64,000 nucleotides of DNA from Podarcis vaucheri (taxonomy: Eukaryota), in NCBI GenBank assembly GCA_965113315.1, contig OZ220382.1, one strand, 5' to 3'. The translations under genes were made by a program, and so were the position numbers. How positions within the stretch are numbered: position 1 is the stretch's first letter; each line of letters opens with the position of its first letter. A model generated the notes under the pieces. That model searched no databases. It worked only from the letters and a program-made list of their open reading frames with translations, and was not told where the DNA came from. This document shows, in pieces, positions 37,825 through 50,918 of the stretch.

Positions 37825-38150
37825 AAAATGATGGAAGTTTGTCAAACTATGCATAGCATAGAAGGTGGCTACAGAAAAGGTTTCCTCCGTCTCACACAAC
37901 AGTGATGGCCAACTTGGATGCCTTTAAAAGTGGACTGGACAAATCATGGAGGACAAAGGTATTAACAACTACTAGCCATAATGGTTATGTTTCATTTCAA
38001 TTGTCAGAAGCACTGTGCCTCTGAATACCAGTTGCTGTTTCACTCATGTCCAGCTCACAGGGTTCTCATATGCATCTGGTTGGCCACTGTAAGAACAGGA
38101 TGCTGGACTAGGTGGGCTATTGGTCTGATCCAACAGGTCCATCTTATGTT
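37825..38150 (+). mobile_element. CR1 3' fragment
   Basis: GATGGCCAACTTGGATGCCTTTAAAAGTGGACTGGACAAAT...GGATGCTGGACTAG.TGGGC..TTGGTCTGATCCA..AGG...TCTTATGTTC. Similar remnants at ~15060-15255, 42995-43200 and 43270-43530. Confidence 0.7.
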
Positions 38151-40077
38151 CAGAGCCTTCACTCAGAAGCTACAACCTGCAGTTCAATATCTAACTGACC
38201 ACAGATCCCAGTGGCTTCTAACATGGTTTCTTCATTAGAGTCATTTCTCATCTCATATATAAAAAAGAAATCCTAACATTTTATAAACAGTTGCAGAACA
38301 GCTGCAGATTTGGCAGGGGGCATATGTTGGTGATGACAAAGGTACCAGCCAATCATTAGCTTTCACAACAAGCTTCTCCCACATTCATTCAAACAGGAAA
38401 AGGTTGAGTAACTGGAGATTTTTATTCCTTTTTTCCCATAGAGCTTATTCCAAGAGAGAAGTAGTTTCAGAGTGCATTCTGAGGGTGCTTCCAACCTACC
38501 CCTACTGGCTCTATGAAAGTTGTGTTTCTTTTTATCCTCAAAAGTTTGCAAAGATGATCACTTTCTTCCTTAACTCCTTGATTATGTACAGAAGTTGAAA
38601 ATGGAACAAAATGAAACTGTGCTTCATTTCTAGAATGCTGAAGCATCTTGGTTCAGTGATTAATAAGGCTTCATTCTTTTGCTTTTGATGGTTCATTTTT
38701 CCCCCAAGCTGCATCAGAAATACAAGTTCTGTTGGGGTGGAGGGAGAGAGTAATGATTTGCAAATTATATTAATTTCATACAGGGCCCTAGTTTTGATAG
38801 GATTTAGTGTTTAATGAGTTCCTGAGACATTATTTTGGCTTCAAAGCATCAGTGAGCAGTATATCCTATTATAGTCTAACAGTGAGCACTGCACACAGAT
38901 CCAAAAAAAAACCCACCCCAAAAAACAAAAACCTGAAGCTAATTTTAATAATATTTAATTGAAGAAATGCTTTATTCAATTTGAATATTCTAGTAGGGTT
39001 TGGGAGAAAAATCACAAAAACAACCTCTATAGCTAAACAACAAAAACACAGCCTTCTTTATACTGATATTATTTGATTGAGGTGATTTAGCACCTAAGTT
39101 GAAGGGTAGAGGAAAATTAGGAACTGTCCCCAAATTGTTGTCCCCCTCCCCCGGCCAAGTTAGAAGTATGCTATAATTCTTTTTGATGCTATTTTATTCT
39201 GTTATTTGTCAATTGCATGACTCATATTAACCTATTTTCTCCTCCTGACCACCTTGTTACCCAAAAGACCAGTTTTGCTTTCTCCTGCTTTCAAAAATAG
39301 ATAAGTCTCTAACCAGAGACCCTTTAAACTGACCAAATTGGCTCTGGGGGTAGTGGCCTGCTTCTGCTTACAAAACAGGAATGGGAATCCTGTGCCCCTC
39401 CACATGTGATTGGAATCCAGTTCTCATCAGCATCAGTCAGCCCGGGCAATGGCCAGTGATGATGGGAATTGTAGTCCAGCGACATCTGGAAGACCACAGG
39501 TACAGAAAAGTGCAAAAACCAGATGATAGCTGTATTGGTCTGCACTTCCTTATCTGATCTGATAAGTTGATCAGAATTGTAGTTTGTTTCCAATACTATT
39601 CCTACCCAAAGTAGAACCAAACTTAATGCACCTAACTAACTTAAGAGCATCAATTTCAGTACATCTTAAATAGATCTTAATTAGATTCAACTGATAGCCA
39701 TCCTTTGGGTTTCACAAGTTCTTTGAATTTTGCAATCCAGTTCTTGACCAATATGAATTGAAATGCATTTATTGGGAGGAAATAGAATTGCAAAAGTTTT
39801 TTAATATAGTTTTATTGAATTCCAATATATAACAATTACAAAAGAAAGAAAGAAAAGAATACAAAAACAAAATCCCAAATCCCCCCTCCCCCCTCCAGGA
39901 CAGATCAATCCAGTTAAGCTTGTCAAAGTTCAATCTGTGATTTCAGCAGTTGCCATTCTTCAGGATTAGCAGCAGAATATATAAAAGGATTCTATATTTC
40001 AACAAAATTGTCTACATCATTCAATAAATGTAATCTCTTTGTTAATTTTTCAGATACAGCAATAGACTATACATTCT

Positions 40078-40234
40078 GGACAGCTTAGTTGGCTAGAGCA
40101 TAGTGCTGACAATGCCACGGTTGCAAGTTTGATCCCCATGTAGGACAGATGCATATTCCTGCATTTCAGGAAGTTGGCCTAGATGATCCTCAGGGTTCCT
40201 TCCAACTCTACAATTCTACAATTTCTATGATTCT
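40078..40234 (+). mobile_element. tRNA-derived SINE with CR1-type tail (POM-like)
   Basis: tRNA-Ile-like head (AGCTTAGTTGGCTAGAGCA...GTTTGATCCCC) plus CR1 tail CTAGATGATCCTCAGGGTTCCTTCCAACTCT...TTCTATGATTCT. Confidence 0.82.
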
Positions 40235-40340
40235 GTTTCCATCGAGAAATACACAGATGTTCCAATCCTTTCCAATTCTGTGCCACTAGAAAAGTAATCC
40301 CCATCCAACTGGGCTGCTGAGAGCAGCACTGGCCAGTATA

Positions 40341-40569
40341 CAGTGGTACCTCTAGATACGAATGGGATCCGTTCCAGAGCCCCATTCGCATCTAGAGGTA
40401 AATGTAACTAGCGATGGCACGTCTGTGCACGCGCACATTGCTTTTCACCACTTCTGTGCATGCTCGTGACGTCATTTTGAGCATCTGCACATGCATAAAC
40501 GGCGAAACCCGGAAGTAATGCACTCCGAACGCGCTCAACTCAAAGCATATTTAACCCGAGGTATGACTG
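40341..40569. mobile_element. Tc1/mariner (Tigger-like) MITE
   Basis: Ends CAGTGGTACCTC...GAGGTATGACTG flanked by TA. Confidence 0.85.
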
Positions 40570-42213
40570 TATATGCCTGGGGAACAGACCTGAGCGAAGA
40601 CTGCAACACTCCCCAAACTCCACCCTCCAGGCCACCACGGACTGGCTGAATTTGAACTGAGGGCCTGGCAAAGCCCACAATGCTCTGTGGCGGCCTGGGG
40701 GAGTGGCAACAGCTGCAATAAGATGGCAAGACTGTGAGGGTGGCTGAGGCGCCATGACAAGCTACAACCACCACTCACCATTGGATAGGGGGTAAGTGGC
40801 CACTGTTCTTTGTAACAAAGGTCAGATTGCCCTTCTTTAAAAATAAATAACCATCCCAAACTTGAGGTACATTCCACATGTTGACCTGTAATATAGTTTA
40901 TTTCTGTAAACACCCTCTGCCAGAAAGGCTTTATATGTTCACATGTCCACCACATGTGAAATGTTGTACCTATACTATTGTAGCCTCTCCAGCACAGTGA
41001 TGGAGTTTTTTTATTAATATAAGTACACTGTAATGGTGTCAAATGACATTGGTGCATTTTCTCATATCCAAGCTGATACTGATTTTAGTGGATATTTCGC
41101 TAACATATTATTCCAACCCACCTCCACAATCTCTTTCCCTAGATCAGATTTCCATTGCTGTTTGATGGAGTTGCATCCTCCAATTGTTAACTAATTAATT
41201 AACTAACTAATTAAGGTTTTTCTTATTTATTCATTTGTATGTAAAATCAACTTTCCAAAAGATGTTGAAGGTCTCATGGCATGCACTTTAACTTCAGAGT
41301 TTGATATGAAATACACTATTTGATGAACATAAAGCCAATGTGCACCTTGCATTCCAATGTTCAGCTGATATAGGTGAACCATTTTCAAATAAATCAGTTA
41401 GTCTATAAAGGTCATTTCTGAACAACATGTTCTTTCCCTGTCATATAAAAAAGTGGATGCAGTACAAAAGGTATCAATGGTGAGCTTGAAGGAACTAATT
41501 TAGGTGCCCACATGTTCTGTACTTTCAGATCTGCCTTTGCAAATATATTTATCACAGTAACAAAAATATTTTTATTATGTATTCGAAACAATAGACTCAA
41601 TGCTCTCTCTATATATATATCAAACTCCATTTGCTGCCATGTTTTATCATTTGTGTTTTGTCTTATTCCAATTACATTTTGAATATGGCTAGCATTGTAT
41701 CATTGTAAATTAAGGAGAACAAGACCAACCCACTCTGAGCCTGCTGATAGATCACAGCGAATTATAATATGGGTCTTTTACCCTGGTGTACAAAGTTTAC
41801 TACCATAATGTTGCCAGATTTGTGAGAAAATACACCAACAATACATATTTAATTCCATTTTAATGCAGATTATATATATAAAATCTGCATTAAAATAGCA
41901 CAAAATGGCATAAAACGGTGAATTAATGGAGAGCCAGGATAGAATGAACTCATGGGAAAGTGGCATATATCAAAAACAAACTGAACCATTCATTCCGTTT
42001 CCCCCCCTCACTTTCCCAAGTGATCACCAAGACAGCTTATAAATAATAACACAATATCACAAAATAAACAATTTAAAATGAACATAAATCATCAAAAGCG
42101 GTATTAAAGCACAGCAGCAGGTTAAGAAAAGCCAAATACTGTAAATACAAACACTTGATTTATAATAATGATAAAATGGTGATCAGGAGTTGGGATTTTT
42201 ATAGCTCCCTAAT

Positions 42214-42914
42214 GAATATGGTCTGAAGCTCAACATCAAAAAAACAAAGATCATGGCCACTGGTCCCATCACCTCCTGGCAAATAGAAGGGGAAGAAATG
42301 GAGGCAGTGAGAGATTTTACTTTCTTGGGTTCCATTATCACTGCAGATGGTGACAGCAGCCACGAAATTAAAAGACGCCTGCTTCTTGGGAGAAAAGCAA
42401 TGACAAACCTAGACAGCATCTTAAAAAGCAGAGACATCACCTTGCCAACAAAGGTCTGTATAGTTAAAGCTATGGTTTTCCCAGTAGTGATGTATGGAAG
42501 TGAGAGCTGGACAATAAAGAAGGTTGATCGCTGAAGAATTGATGCTTCTGAATTATGGTGCTGGAGGAGACTCTTGAGAGTCCCATGGACTGCAAGAAGA
42601 TCAAACCTATCCATTCTTAAGGAAATCAGTCCTGAGTGCTCACTGGAAGGACAGATCCTGAAGCTGAGGCTCCAATATTTTGGCCACCTCATGAGAAGAG
42701 AAGACTCCCTGGAAAAGACCCTGAAGTTGGGAAAGATGGAGGGCACAAGGAGAAGGGGACGACAGAGGACGAGATGGTTGGACAGTGTTCTCGAAGCAGC
42801 CAACATGAGTTTGACCAAACTGCGGGAGGCAGTGGAAGACAGAAGTGCCTGGCGTGCTCTGGTCCATGGGGTCACGAAGAGTCAGACACGACTAAACAAC
42901 TAAGCAACAACAAC
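42214..42914 (+). mobile_element. 5'-truncated BovB (RTE) LINE
   Basis: GLKLNIKKTKIMATGPITSWQIEGEEMEAVRDFTFLGS...WRALVHGVTKSQTRLNN with one premature TGA at 42532-42534 (CGA decay); (CAA)n tail; candidate TSD AAAATGGT at 42173-42180 and 42915-42922. Confidence 0.96.
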
Positions 42915-45900
42915 AAAATGGTTCTGCACTTTGGCTGGCAGGACTGGAGAAGACACCCCAGTGTACATTTATATCTTACCCTCAGCTTAGGAATTTGTCT
43001 ATCAATGGCAAATTAGCCACAATGGTCATGTTCAGCCTCTACTGTCTCTCACTACAAGTTGCTGGGAATCACAGGAGTGTTGTTTTGTGCAAGATCTGCT
43101 TGAGGGTTTCTCATTGGCGTTTTGTTGGGCAATGTTGGACAACAGGAAGATGGGCTAGGTGGACATTTAACCTGATCAAACAGGGCTCTTCTTATATTAT
43201 TATGCCATCTTCTTAATTTGTGATGATCAGTTCTGAAGCCCAGCTCCAGGAAGCCCTGGAATAGATTTAAAGTATGGAATTTGTTACCACCAGAATGTAG
43301 GGATAGCCACAAATTCATAGAGAATAAGGCTAGCAATGGCTGCTAGCCATAGTGACTATGCACTACCTCTAGGATCAGAGAGACCCCTACCAGTTGCTAG
43401 TGACAGCACTGTGGCACTCGTGCCCTAGTTGTGGACCTCCCATAGGCATTTGGTTGGCTTCTGTGAGAACAGGACCCTGGACTAGATGGGCCTTTGGTCT
43501 CATTCAGCAGGAATCTTCTTGTGGTCTTATGTGAATAACAGAGCTTCCTCAATTGCCCATCTACTCTAACAGGCACCCTACTTAAGGGAACTGGAAGAGA
43601 TATTACAGAATGACAGCCTCGGAACTGCACACTGATGCTTCATTAGCAAAAGTTGGGAAAGGTACACCTATGAGATGCAGCACCTTTCAAGCTGATGCTA
43701 GCGGCAAAAAGTACTACAGCCTGACCAAACAAGGGAGCCCTTTTTAAAATCCCCATTACTCTTCCCGGTGGCAAATTTACTGCTTCCAAAATGACTTCAA
43801 CAGCAATAACTTGGAAATTTTTCAGGAGGGAGCCTTCCCTTTGAATAATGGATTGCTAAGGGAACAATTCACAGAGACTCTGTTTTCACACAACGACCTC
43901 AGCAGTGTCCAAATTGTGCCAAGGCACCAGTTGAAGCACTTCAGAGGACATGAATAAAATTGTTTTCACTCTCAGATGGGGCAGGCTTCCATGTGTAGAG
44001 CTTCCACTCAAAAACAAACCACCAGACTCCCTCACCCTTGACCTTAACCACAATGCATTAGCGGTTCAAAGGAGAGCTTTAAATCCCTTCAAATCACAGC
44101 TAGCATAGTCAGTGGTCAGGGATGATGGGAGCTGTAGTCCAACACAATCTGGAGAGCACCGGGTTGAAGGAGGCCGCTTTAAGGGAGCACAGTTGGTAGG
44201 AACTCTTAGGGTGTGAGGTCACGTAAAATGGAGAATTCCCCATTAATGGAACTTAAAGGGAAGGGAAGCCAGTTTTCAAAAAGTTGAATGCGGTTTGTTT
44301 TGTTTTGGGGGTGGGGTGTTAGATGTATCTAGAGCTACTGCAGTATTAATGAGTTGGACTAGGTCTAGAGACACTCATGTTCAAATTATTGATGAGCAAT
44401 GAAGTAACATGTGCATAAAAGTGTGTGTGTGTTAGAAGATACAGATATGTATGGGGGGAAACTGAACTTTAGTTTGTAAAAATGAGAAATAGTGATAAAT
44501 CAACTTTGGCAGATTTATCCATCCCTAGATGTGAAGGTAAATCGGGAGGAGAAAACCTTGTAAACTGTCCTGGACCACTGGGGTTGAAATGTAATGAAGT
44601 TATAAATGAACAAACCCTGAGATTTCGTGTCAAGCAAAATTCAAAGCAAATATAAGGATTTCTCCTCATGCCAAGCGGATATTCGGGGGAATATCACGGA
44701 ATAGCCAAAGAGTTTTTCCATAAGAGTTTTTTTCATAAGAAATGGCTCAGAAGTGTTTATTTCCACATCCCAAGGCCCTTCATCCCATCCATGAATCAAA
44801 ACTGAGAGAAACATCTTACCACAGATTATGAATAGGCTACTACAAATGACAAAGAAGTTCATTATTGCATGTGAAGGAGAACCTACCTAATTCACACTCT
44901 GCAAAGCAAAGAACAGCTGTCAGTCAAAATCTGCACTTCTCTGAATTTTGCAACGCAGTTTTCCAGCCCTGAAAATGCATACCAAAAAAAGTGCATGGGG
45001 GTGTGTGAATGAACTAATAAATGTGTGTATTAATGGGAAAAACATATTAAAATGTATTGCATTATGAAAAATTGCTTATAAAAATACTAGGCAAAGTTAT
45101 GGAGATAAATCCTTTTTACATTTGAGGTGTATATTTTTAGGACCCACCTTATTTCTGCAATTGTAAGCTTTTTGAAACTCTTATTGTATTGCAGTTTTGT
45201 GTTTTAAAGTTGTGGCCTGACCTGGAACATTAGGGGGAAGGGTTGGCAATATTTTTTTTTAAAAAAAAAAACAACAACACAACAGTAATAGGAAGAAATG
45301 AACAAAAAATGCATAACAATTTTAGTTGCAGCTTTTAAAAAAAATGCAAACTGATGCACAAATGGGACACTGGACTTAAGACTGGGAAAATGAAAAACTG
45401 TGAGAAATGAAAATGTCTAATCTGACCCTACCAGTTGCACCACAATGGAAGAAAAACCATGGACTGTGTGATCCTGTCGGTGTGATCCTGTCAGAACTTT
45501 AGCAAAAAAGAAAAGAAACGGGGGGGGGGGGGAGAAAGTGGATCAAGCCCAAGGAAGGAGTGGAATAAAAAATGCTACATCCCTAGAGGTGTTGTTCAGC
45601 TTCAGTGAAATAGAAATGGGGGGGGGTAGAGAGAGAGAGAGAGAGAGAGAAAAGAAAATACAGCTCTGCTTTGCTCAAAATTGTATTTCCAGTCGAGCGA
45701 CTCAGAAGAAAATATCTCTTCCCTTTACTGCGATTTTGAGCAATCCATTTGCAAAGTCGGCAGTCTCAGGAAGAGAGGATGGCAGTATTTATTTTCAATT
45801 TATGAAGTTGCTCCAAGTGTGGATTTTTCTAGGAGTGGAGCCTGACCATGAAATAATAAAAAGGAGAAAGTTTATTCTAATCTTCCTGTTGTTATTAATT

Positions 45901-47835
45901 TCATTCTAATTCTTCACAGGGGCAGAGGGGAGTAAGGAAAAGGAAAGGGACTGCCACATCTTAAGGGACACTCTGGGATGTTTTCGAATGTGGAGGGGAA
46001 AGAATTAATGAAGATAAAGAAATAGCTGCATGAAAAACAAATAAATTTTCTCTCTCTCCTCTCTTTCTCTCTCTCTCTGACACACAAACAACACACCTTT
46101 TCCTTCAACACCAGAAGTAGCAAAGGTAAAAAGGTTTATTGTGATGGAGAAGAATCATTCTTTAAGTAGCCCATGAAATCTTGCTACCTCTCTGTAGGCA
46201 TTACTGTGCTACTGGCCTTTATAGAAATGTATTATCTGCGCCTGTGAGGAGGGGGCATTTAAAATGCCACCATATGAGTAAAGAGGAGACAACAGCTTCA
46301 GTTAGAAGTGAAGTAGAATCAGCCCTATCCCCAAAACTCCTTGGAAGCATGTCAGGGCATTCATTATGTCCTCACCTTATCTCAGGGCTTTGTCTAAGAT
46401 GCAATTTTCACTCTATCACACTTGCACCACAGTTGTGGAACCTTAAGTACAGACTAAGATGCTATATACCAGGGGTAGTCAACATAGTGCCCTTGCAATC
46501 TGGTGCCCAATGGCCAGAGATGGTGGGAATTGTGATCTAACAGCATATGGGGGGGGATTATGTTTTGAATTTTGGTGTTTTTATACTGTAAACATCTTTG
46601 TGATCCCCAGATGAAGGGTGGTATATGGATTCAATAAAAAAAAAGAAATAAATACAGGGTATCACGTGGGCAAGTCCAATACTCCAACCACTACACCAAA
46701 CTGGATCGCCACACCAGAACATTAGAAACACAAACATGGTAGTTCAAAATCACTCATTAAAACTGGCAGCAGTCACAACTTTCAAGCACAACACATTAAT
46801 TAAAATGGACCACAATCAAATGTTTTCTTAACAAAATAAAAATAAAGACTCAGAGCTGGGGCTAGATATACCTCCTTGGAGGTAGAATTGCAAAGGTGTA
46901 GAGTCATCACTGAAAAGCCCCCATCTTTAGTATCCATCTGTCTGTCACAGAGATGTGGGACTTGTAGTCTTCTAGTTGAAGTAGGACTCAAATTCTTATC
47001 AGATCCTACCCAGCATGCCCAAATGCCAGGGATGATAGACAGCCATCCAGGAATCAGCACATAGTGTTCTGTGAGATGCTTCCAAGAAGAACACAAGCAC
47101 ACACATTGATTTTGAGGTAGAAATGGCTAGTGGTTGTTGTTGTTGTTTTGCTGAACTCACTTACTGTGATATAATTTGAAGGGTCCTTTTTGCAATTTTA
47201 AAAAAAATGTTATTTGGGGGCTGACCTGCAGTTTTGATTCTACTTCTCAAGCCGATGCTGCCATCAGTTATTTGTTTTCAGTTATATATTGAAGGCCAAG
47301 ATTGAGTTTTTAGCTTTTATGGCACTGCAAATCACAAAGCTACATAGCACACCAAACTGTGGAATGACATCAGTACACTGGCACCCCATGCCATGATGAT
47401 ACAAAGCAAAGGGAAGAACAACAGGAGACCAATATGCTTTGTCTATGCTTGGTAGAAGTGGGTGCTGTGGGATGGAGTGGTTCAAGTATTTGAGGCAGGG
47501 ATGAGGAACCTGTGAGCTCCACCAAATATTGTTGGTCTACAATTTCCATCATATCTGATAACTGATCTTGATGGTTGGTGCTGATGGGAGTTGGAGGTCA
47601 ACAGCAACTTGTAGGCCAACAGGTCCCTACCGCTGGTTTGAAGCATTTGTTGTTGGCATCCATCTGTCTCAAGAGAGAATGGAAATCACAATACCCCTTC
47701 GGCTGCAGAGACTGGTAACTTGCAACTGCTGCCTCCTGTGCTGTCCTCGCCTTGTTGGCAGCACCGAAGTGACTTCCCTGGGAAGCAATCCTGGGCAGTG
47801 TGTATGGAGGTCCTGTGGCCTGTTCTCAGCCTTGG

Positions 47836-48845
47836 TGATGATGATGATGATGATGATATTTTTTTATTTATACCCCACCCTTCCCGGTTTAAAAACCAGG
47901 CTCAGGGTGGCTAACAGCAAATATAAAACATTGATTAAAATGTGAATTAAAAACAGCATAAAACAGCATAAAACACAACATAAAATGCAGCATCAATATC
48001 AATAAAATTCTAATATTCAGGGGTTATTTTTTTTGGGGGGGGGGACCAGTCAATAGACATCAAATGATCACCAGGGCTAACTGACCAAGCTGGACCTACT
48101 AGGGCCAGCAAGGAGACCAGGGAAGAATTTACTGTATTTTTCGCTCTATAACACGCACCCGACCATAACATGCACGTAGTTTTTAGAGGAGGAAAATCCG
48201 TAGGCATGCCACCCGTAGGCATTCCCTCCATAACGCACACAGACATTTCCCCTTACTTTCTAGGAGGAAAAAAGTGAGTGTTATGGTGCAAAAAATACGG
48301 TAAATGTGGGGTGCCAGAAAGGGTTTCTTCATAGAAGAGGAAAGGGAAAAAGGAATAGAGGATCAGGCTAATTCAAATTGAAGGCCAGGCAGAATAGCTC
48401 TGTCTTACAGGCCATGCAGATGGAGATCAAGTCCTGCAGGGCCCTAGTCTCATGGGACAGAGCATTCCACCAGGTCAGAGCCATCACTGAAAAGGCCCTG
48501 GCCCTCGTGGAGGATGGTCAGGCTTTCTTAGGGCCCGGGACCTTTAAGCTATTATTATTCATGGACCTTAGGGGCTTCTGAGGGACATACCAGGAGATGC
48601 TGTCCCATAAGTACAAGGGTCCTAGGTCGCATAGGGCATTAAAGGTCAAAACCAGCACCTTAAACCTGACCCTGAGCCAGTGCAGCTGGAAAAGCACTGG
48701 GTGAATATGCTCCCATGGCAGAGACCCCATGAGGAGCCTCGTTGCAGCATTCTGCACCCATTGGAGTTTCTGGGACAGCTTCAAGGGCAGCCCCGCGTAG
48801 AGTGAGTTACAGTAGTCAAGCCTGGAGGTGGCCATCATGATGTGG
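47836..48845 (-). mobile_element. 5'-truncated L2 LINE, split by a MITE
   Basis: TSRLDYCNSLYAGLPLKLSQKLQWVQNAA...LHWL; same family as 20864; tail near 47836-47870. Confidence 0.9.
48132..48300. mobile_element. Tc2/pogo-like MITE (short subfamily)
   Basis: CTGTATTTTTCGC...GCAAAAAATACGG with TA flanks. Confidence 0.85.
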
Positions 48846-50041
48846 TCCAAAGGAAAGCTAAGCAATGAATTTGGCACCAGCTTGGCCGCTGAAGTTGCCG
48901 GAAAGAGGCATTAATTTATTAGAAAAATAATGTAGAAGAGGGAAAAATAATGTTGTAGAAGCTGGATGATGACAACCAAGTATAGCTATTTTTGAGGGGG
49001 GTAATGATAGGGGGTGTGGGTGGACTGAGGTTCATCACTGGCATTATTTCTGCATGTTCTAATAAAAGGAAGGAACTAGTTACAAAAACAATAGTTCAAG
49101 GCTCAAGATTTTCATGACAAAAAAAAACCACCTCTGTGTTGCTATTATTCTAGCACAAAACAAGGAGAAAAGGAATGTGGGAATTAAATGAAAAATTCAA
49201 CACTTTTTAGTAGTCTAAACCTAATTTAAATCTATGGTTAAAACATTCTTATCAAGCATTAATAATTAGCAATTAAAATAAACTGTTCCATTAAAAAGAG
49301 AATTCCAAATGCATCAATCCACACGCCGCCGCTGCCCCCCCCCATAACAAAACAAAACAAAATAATAGTAATTGGCAAAATTATTCATCGTTACCAAGAT
49401 GACAGCTGTTGGGATCTTATTCCAAAATAGTAACTCTTTTCCAGGTTCAAGAACAAGTGAAAAACTATGGCTCCTTCAGCATTTTATATTTAAAGCAGGA
49501 TTAGAACTCATCCACACTTCCCTTTGCCCTACAGTTTCTTCTGTTTGACTTCTAGGCACAAGTCCGAGAGTTATTTCTTTTGTTCTGCCACTTTCCCCAA
49601 GAAAACCTGCTGTTTACCACTGAATCAGAGCAAACATCAATCCTCAAAAATGCTATTGATGTTCACTCCAGTTCAGCTGCAAGCAACAGGTTTCCCCAGG
49701 AGAAGTGCCGGCACAAAAGAAAAAAACCCTCGGATCTGTGCCTAGAAGTCATGGACCAAACAGAAGCGAAAATGAGCCCTTATACAACTTTAAACAGTCA
49801 TGGCTTTCTGCCACCCTAAAAAAAGAAAGCAATTAGGGGACTTTAATTTGTTAAGGATGCTGTGTGTTGCTAAGAAACCTCTATTCTCCCCTCAGAGAGC
49901 TACAAATGCCAGGATGATCTAACAGTCAGCCCCTCTTCTGAGAACTGTAGCTCTGTGGTGACTCCTAAAACAAAAACTCTCAGCACCCTAAGCAAACTAT
50001 AATCCCCAGGATTCTTTGGCAGAATCTGTGACTGTTTAAGT

Positions 50042-50561
50042 CAGTGTTTCCCAACCGGTGTTCCGCGGCACACTAGTGTGCCGTGAGACACCGGCTGGTG
50101 TGCCGTGGGAGGGAGGCGGGCGAGTCGGGCGGCGAGAGGCGGCGGCGGCGAGGATCCGCGTCGAGCCGGGGGCGGCTCCGCAGTGGTGGTGCCGAGCGGC
50201 GGGGCAGCGCGCGCAAAAGGGAGGAGCGCGAGACAGCGGAGGAGGAGGAGGCCGGCATGTCCGGGCAGCAGCAGCAACAGCAGCAGCAGCAACTCCCGGC
50301 GACGGCTCCTCCTCCGCCCGCTATCGCCGCCACCACCACAACAGCCGCTGCCGCCTCAGCTGCCGCCGTCCCTCAGTCCCTCGCTCTGCTGCCTCCTCCT
50401 ACCCCGGCAAGGGGAAGGGGAAAAACGTTCACTTTTGTGCGTCCCTCCCGGCATGACGCTGCGCGCTGACGTCACGGGGCGGGGCTTTAATGGTGGTGTG
50501 CCGCGAGATTTTTTTCCGGTAAACAGGTGTGCCGTTGCCCAAAAACGTTTGGGAAACACTG
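50042..50561. mobile_element. Young hAT non-autonomous element with GC-rich cargo
   Basis: TIR CAGTGTTTCCCAA...TTGGGAAACACTG; perfect 8-bp TSD GTTTAAGT (50034-50041, 50562-50569); subterminal GTGTGCCG repeats. Confidence 0.93.
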
Positions 50562-50597
50562 GTTTAAGTAGCATCATAGTGCTTTAAATGTGTAGGG

Positions 50598-50918
50598 CAT
50601 GGGTAGGCAACCTAAGGCCCGGGGGCCGGATCCAGCCCAATCGCCTTCTAAATCTGGCCCACGGACGGTCCAGGAATCAGCATGTTTTTACATGAGTAGA
50701 ATGTGTCCTTTTATTTAAAATGCATCTCTTGGTTATTTGTGGGGTCTGCCTGGTGTTTTTACATGAGTAGAATGTGTGTGTTTATTTAAAATGCATCTCT
50801 GGGTTATTTCTAGGGCATAGGAATTCATTCATTTTCCCCCCCAAAATATAGTCCGGCCCCCCACAAGGTCTGAGGGACAGTGGACCGGCCCCCTGCTGAA
50901 AAGGTTTGCTGACCCCTG
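50598..50918. mobile_element. hAT MITE with internal ~70-bp tandem duplication
   Basis: Ends CATGGGTAGGCAA...TTGCTGACCCCTG; TSD GTGTAGGG/GTGTAGAG; repeated GGCCC subterminal motifs. Confidence 0.87.

Larger units (their letters stand above)
39797..41190 (-). mobile_element. Old L1 3' fragment interrupted by a SINE, a MITE and another insert
   Basis: T-rich 3' end at 39797; CWRG..SIGTTFHMWWTCEHIKPFW motif at ~40900-41000. Confidence 0.8.

Noticed and set aside
42183-42875. 230-aa minus-strand ORF, the longest in the track
   Set aside because: Antisense frame of BovB, not a host gene.
50083-50469. Host gene promoter or first exon in situ (CpG island with polyQ ORF)
   Set aside because: Entirely enclosed by hAT TIRs and an 8-bp TSD with no splice donor; reported as cargo instead.
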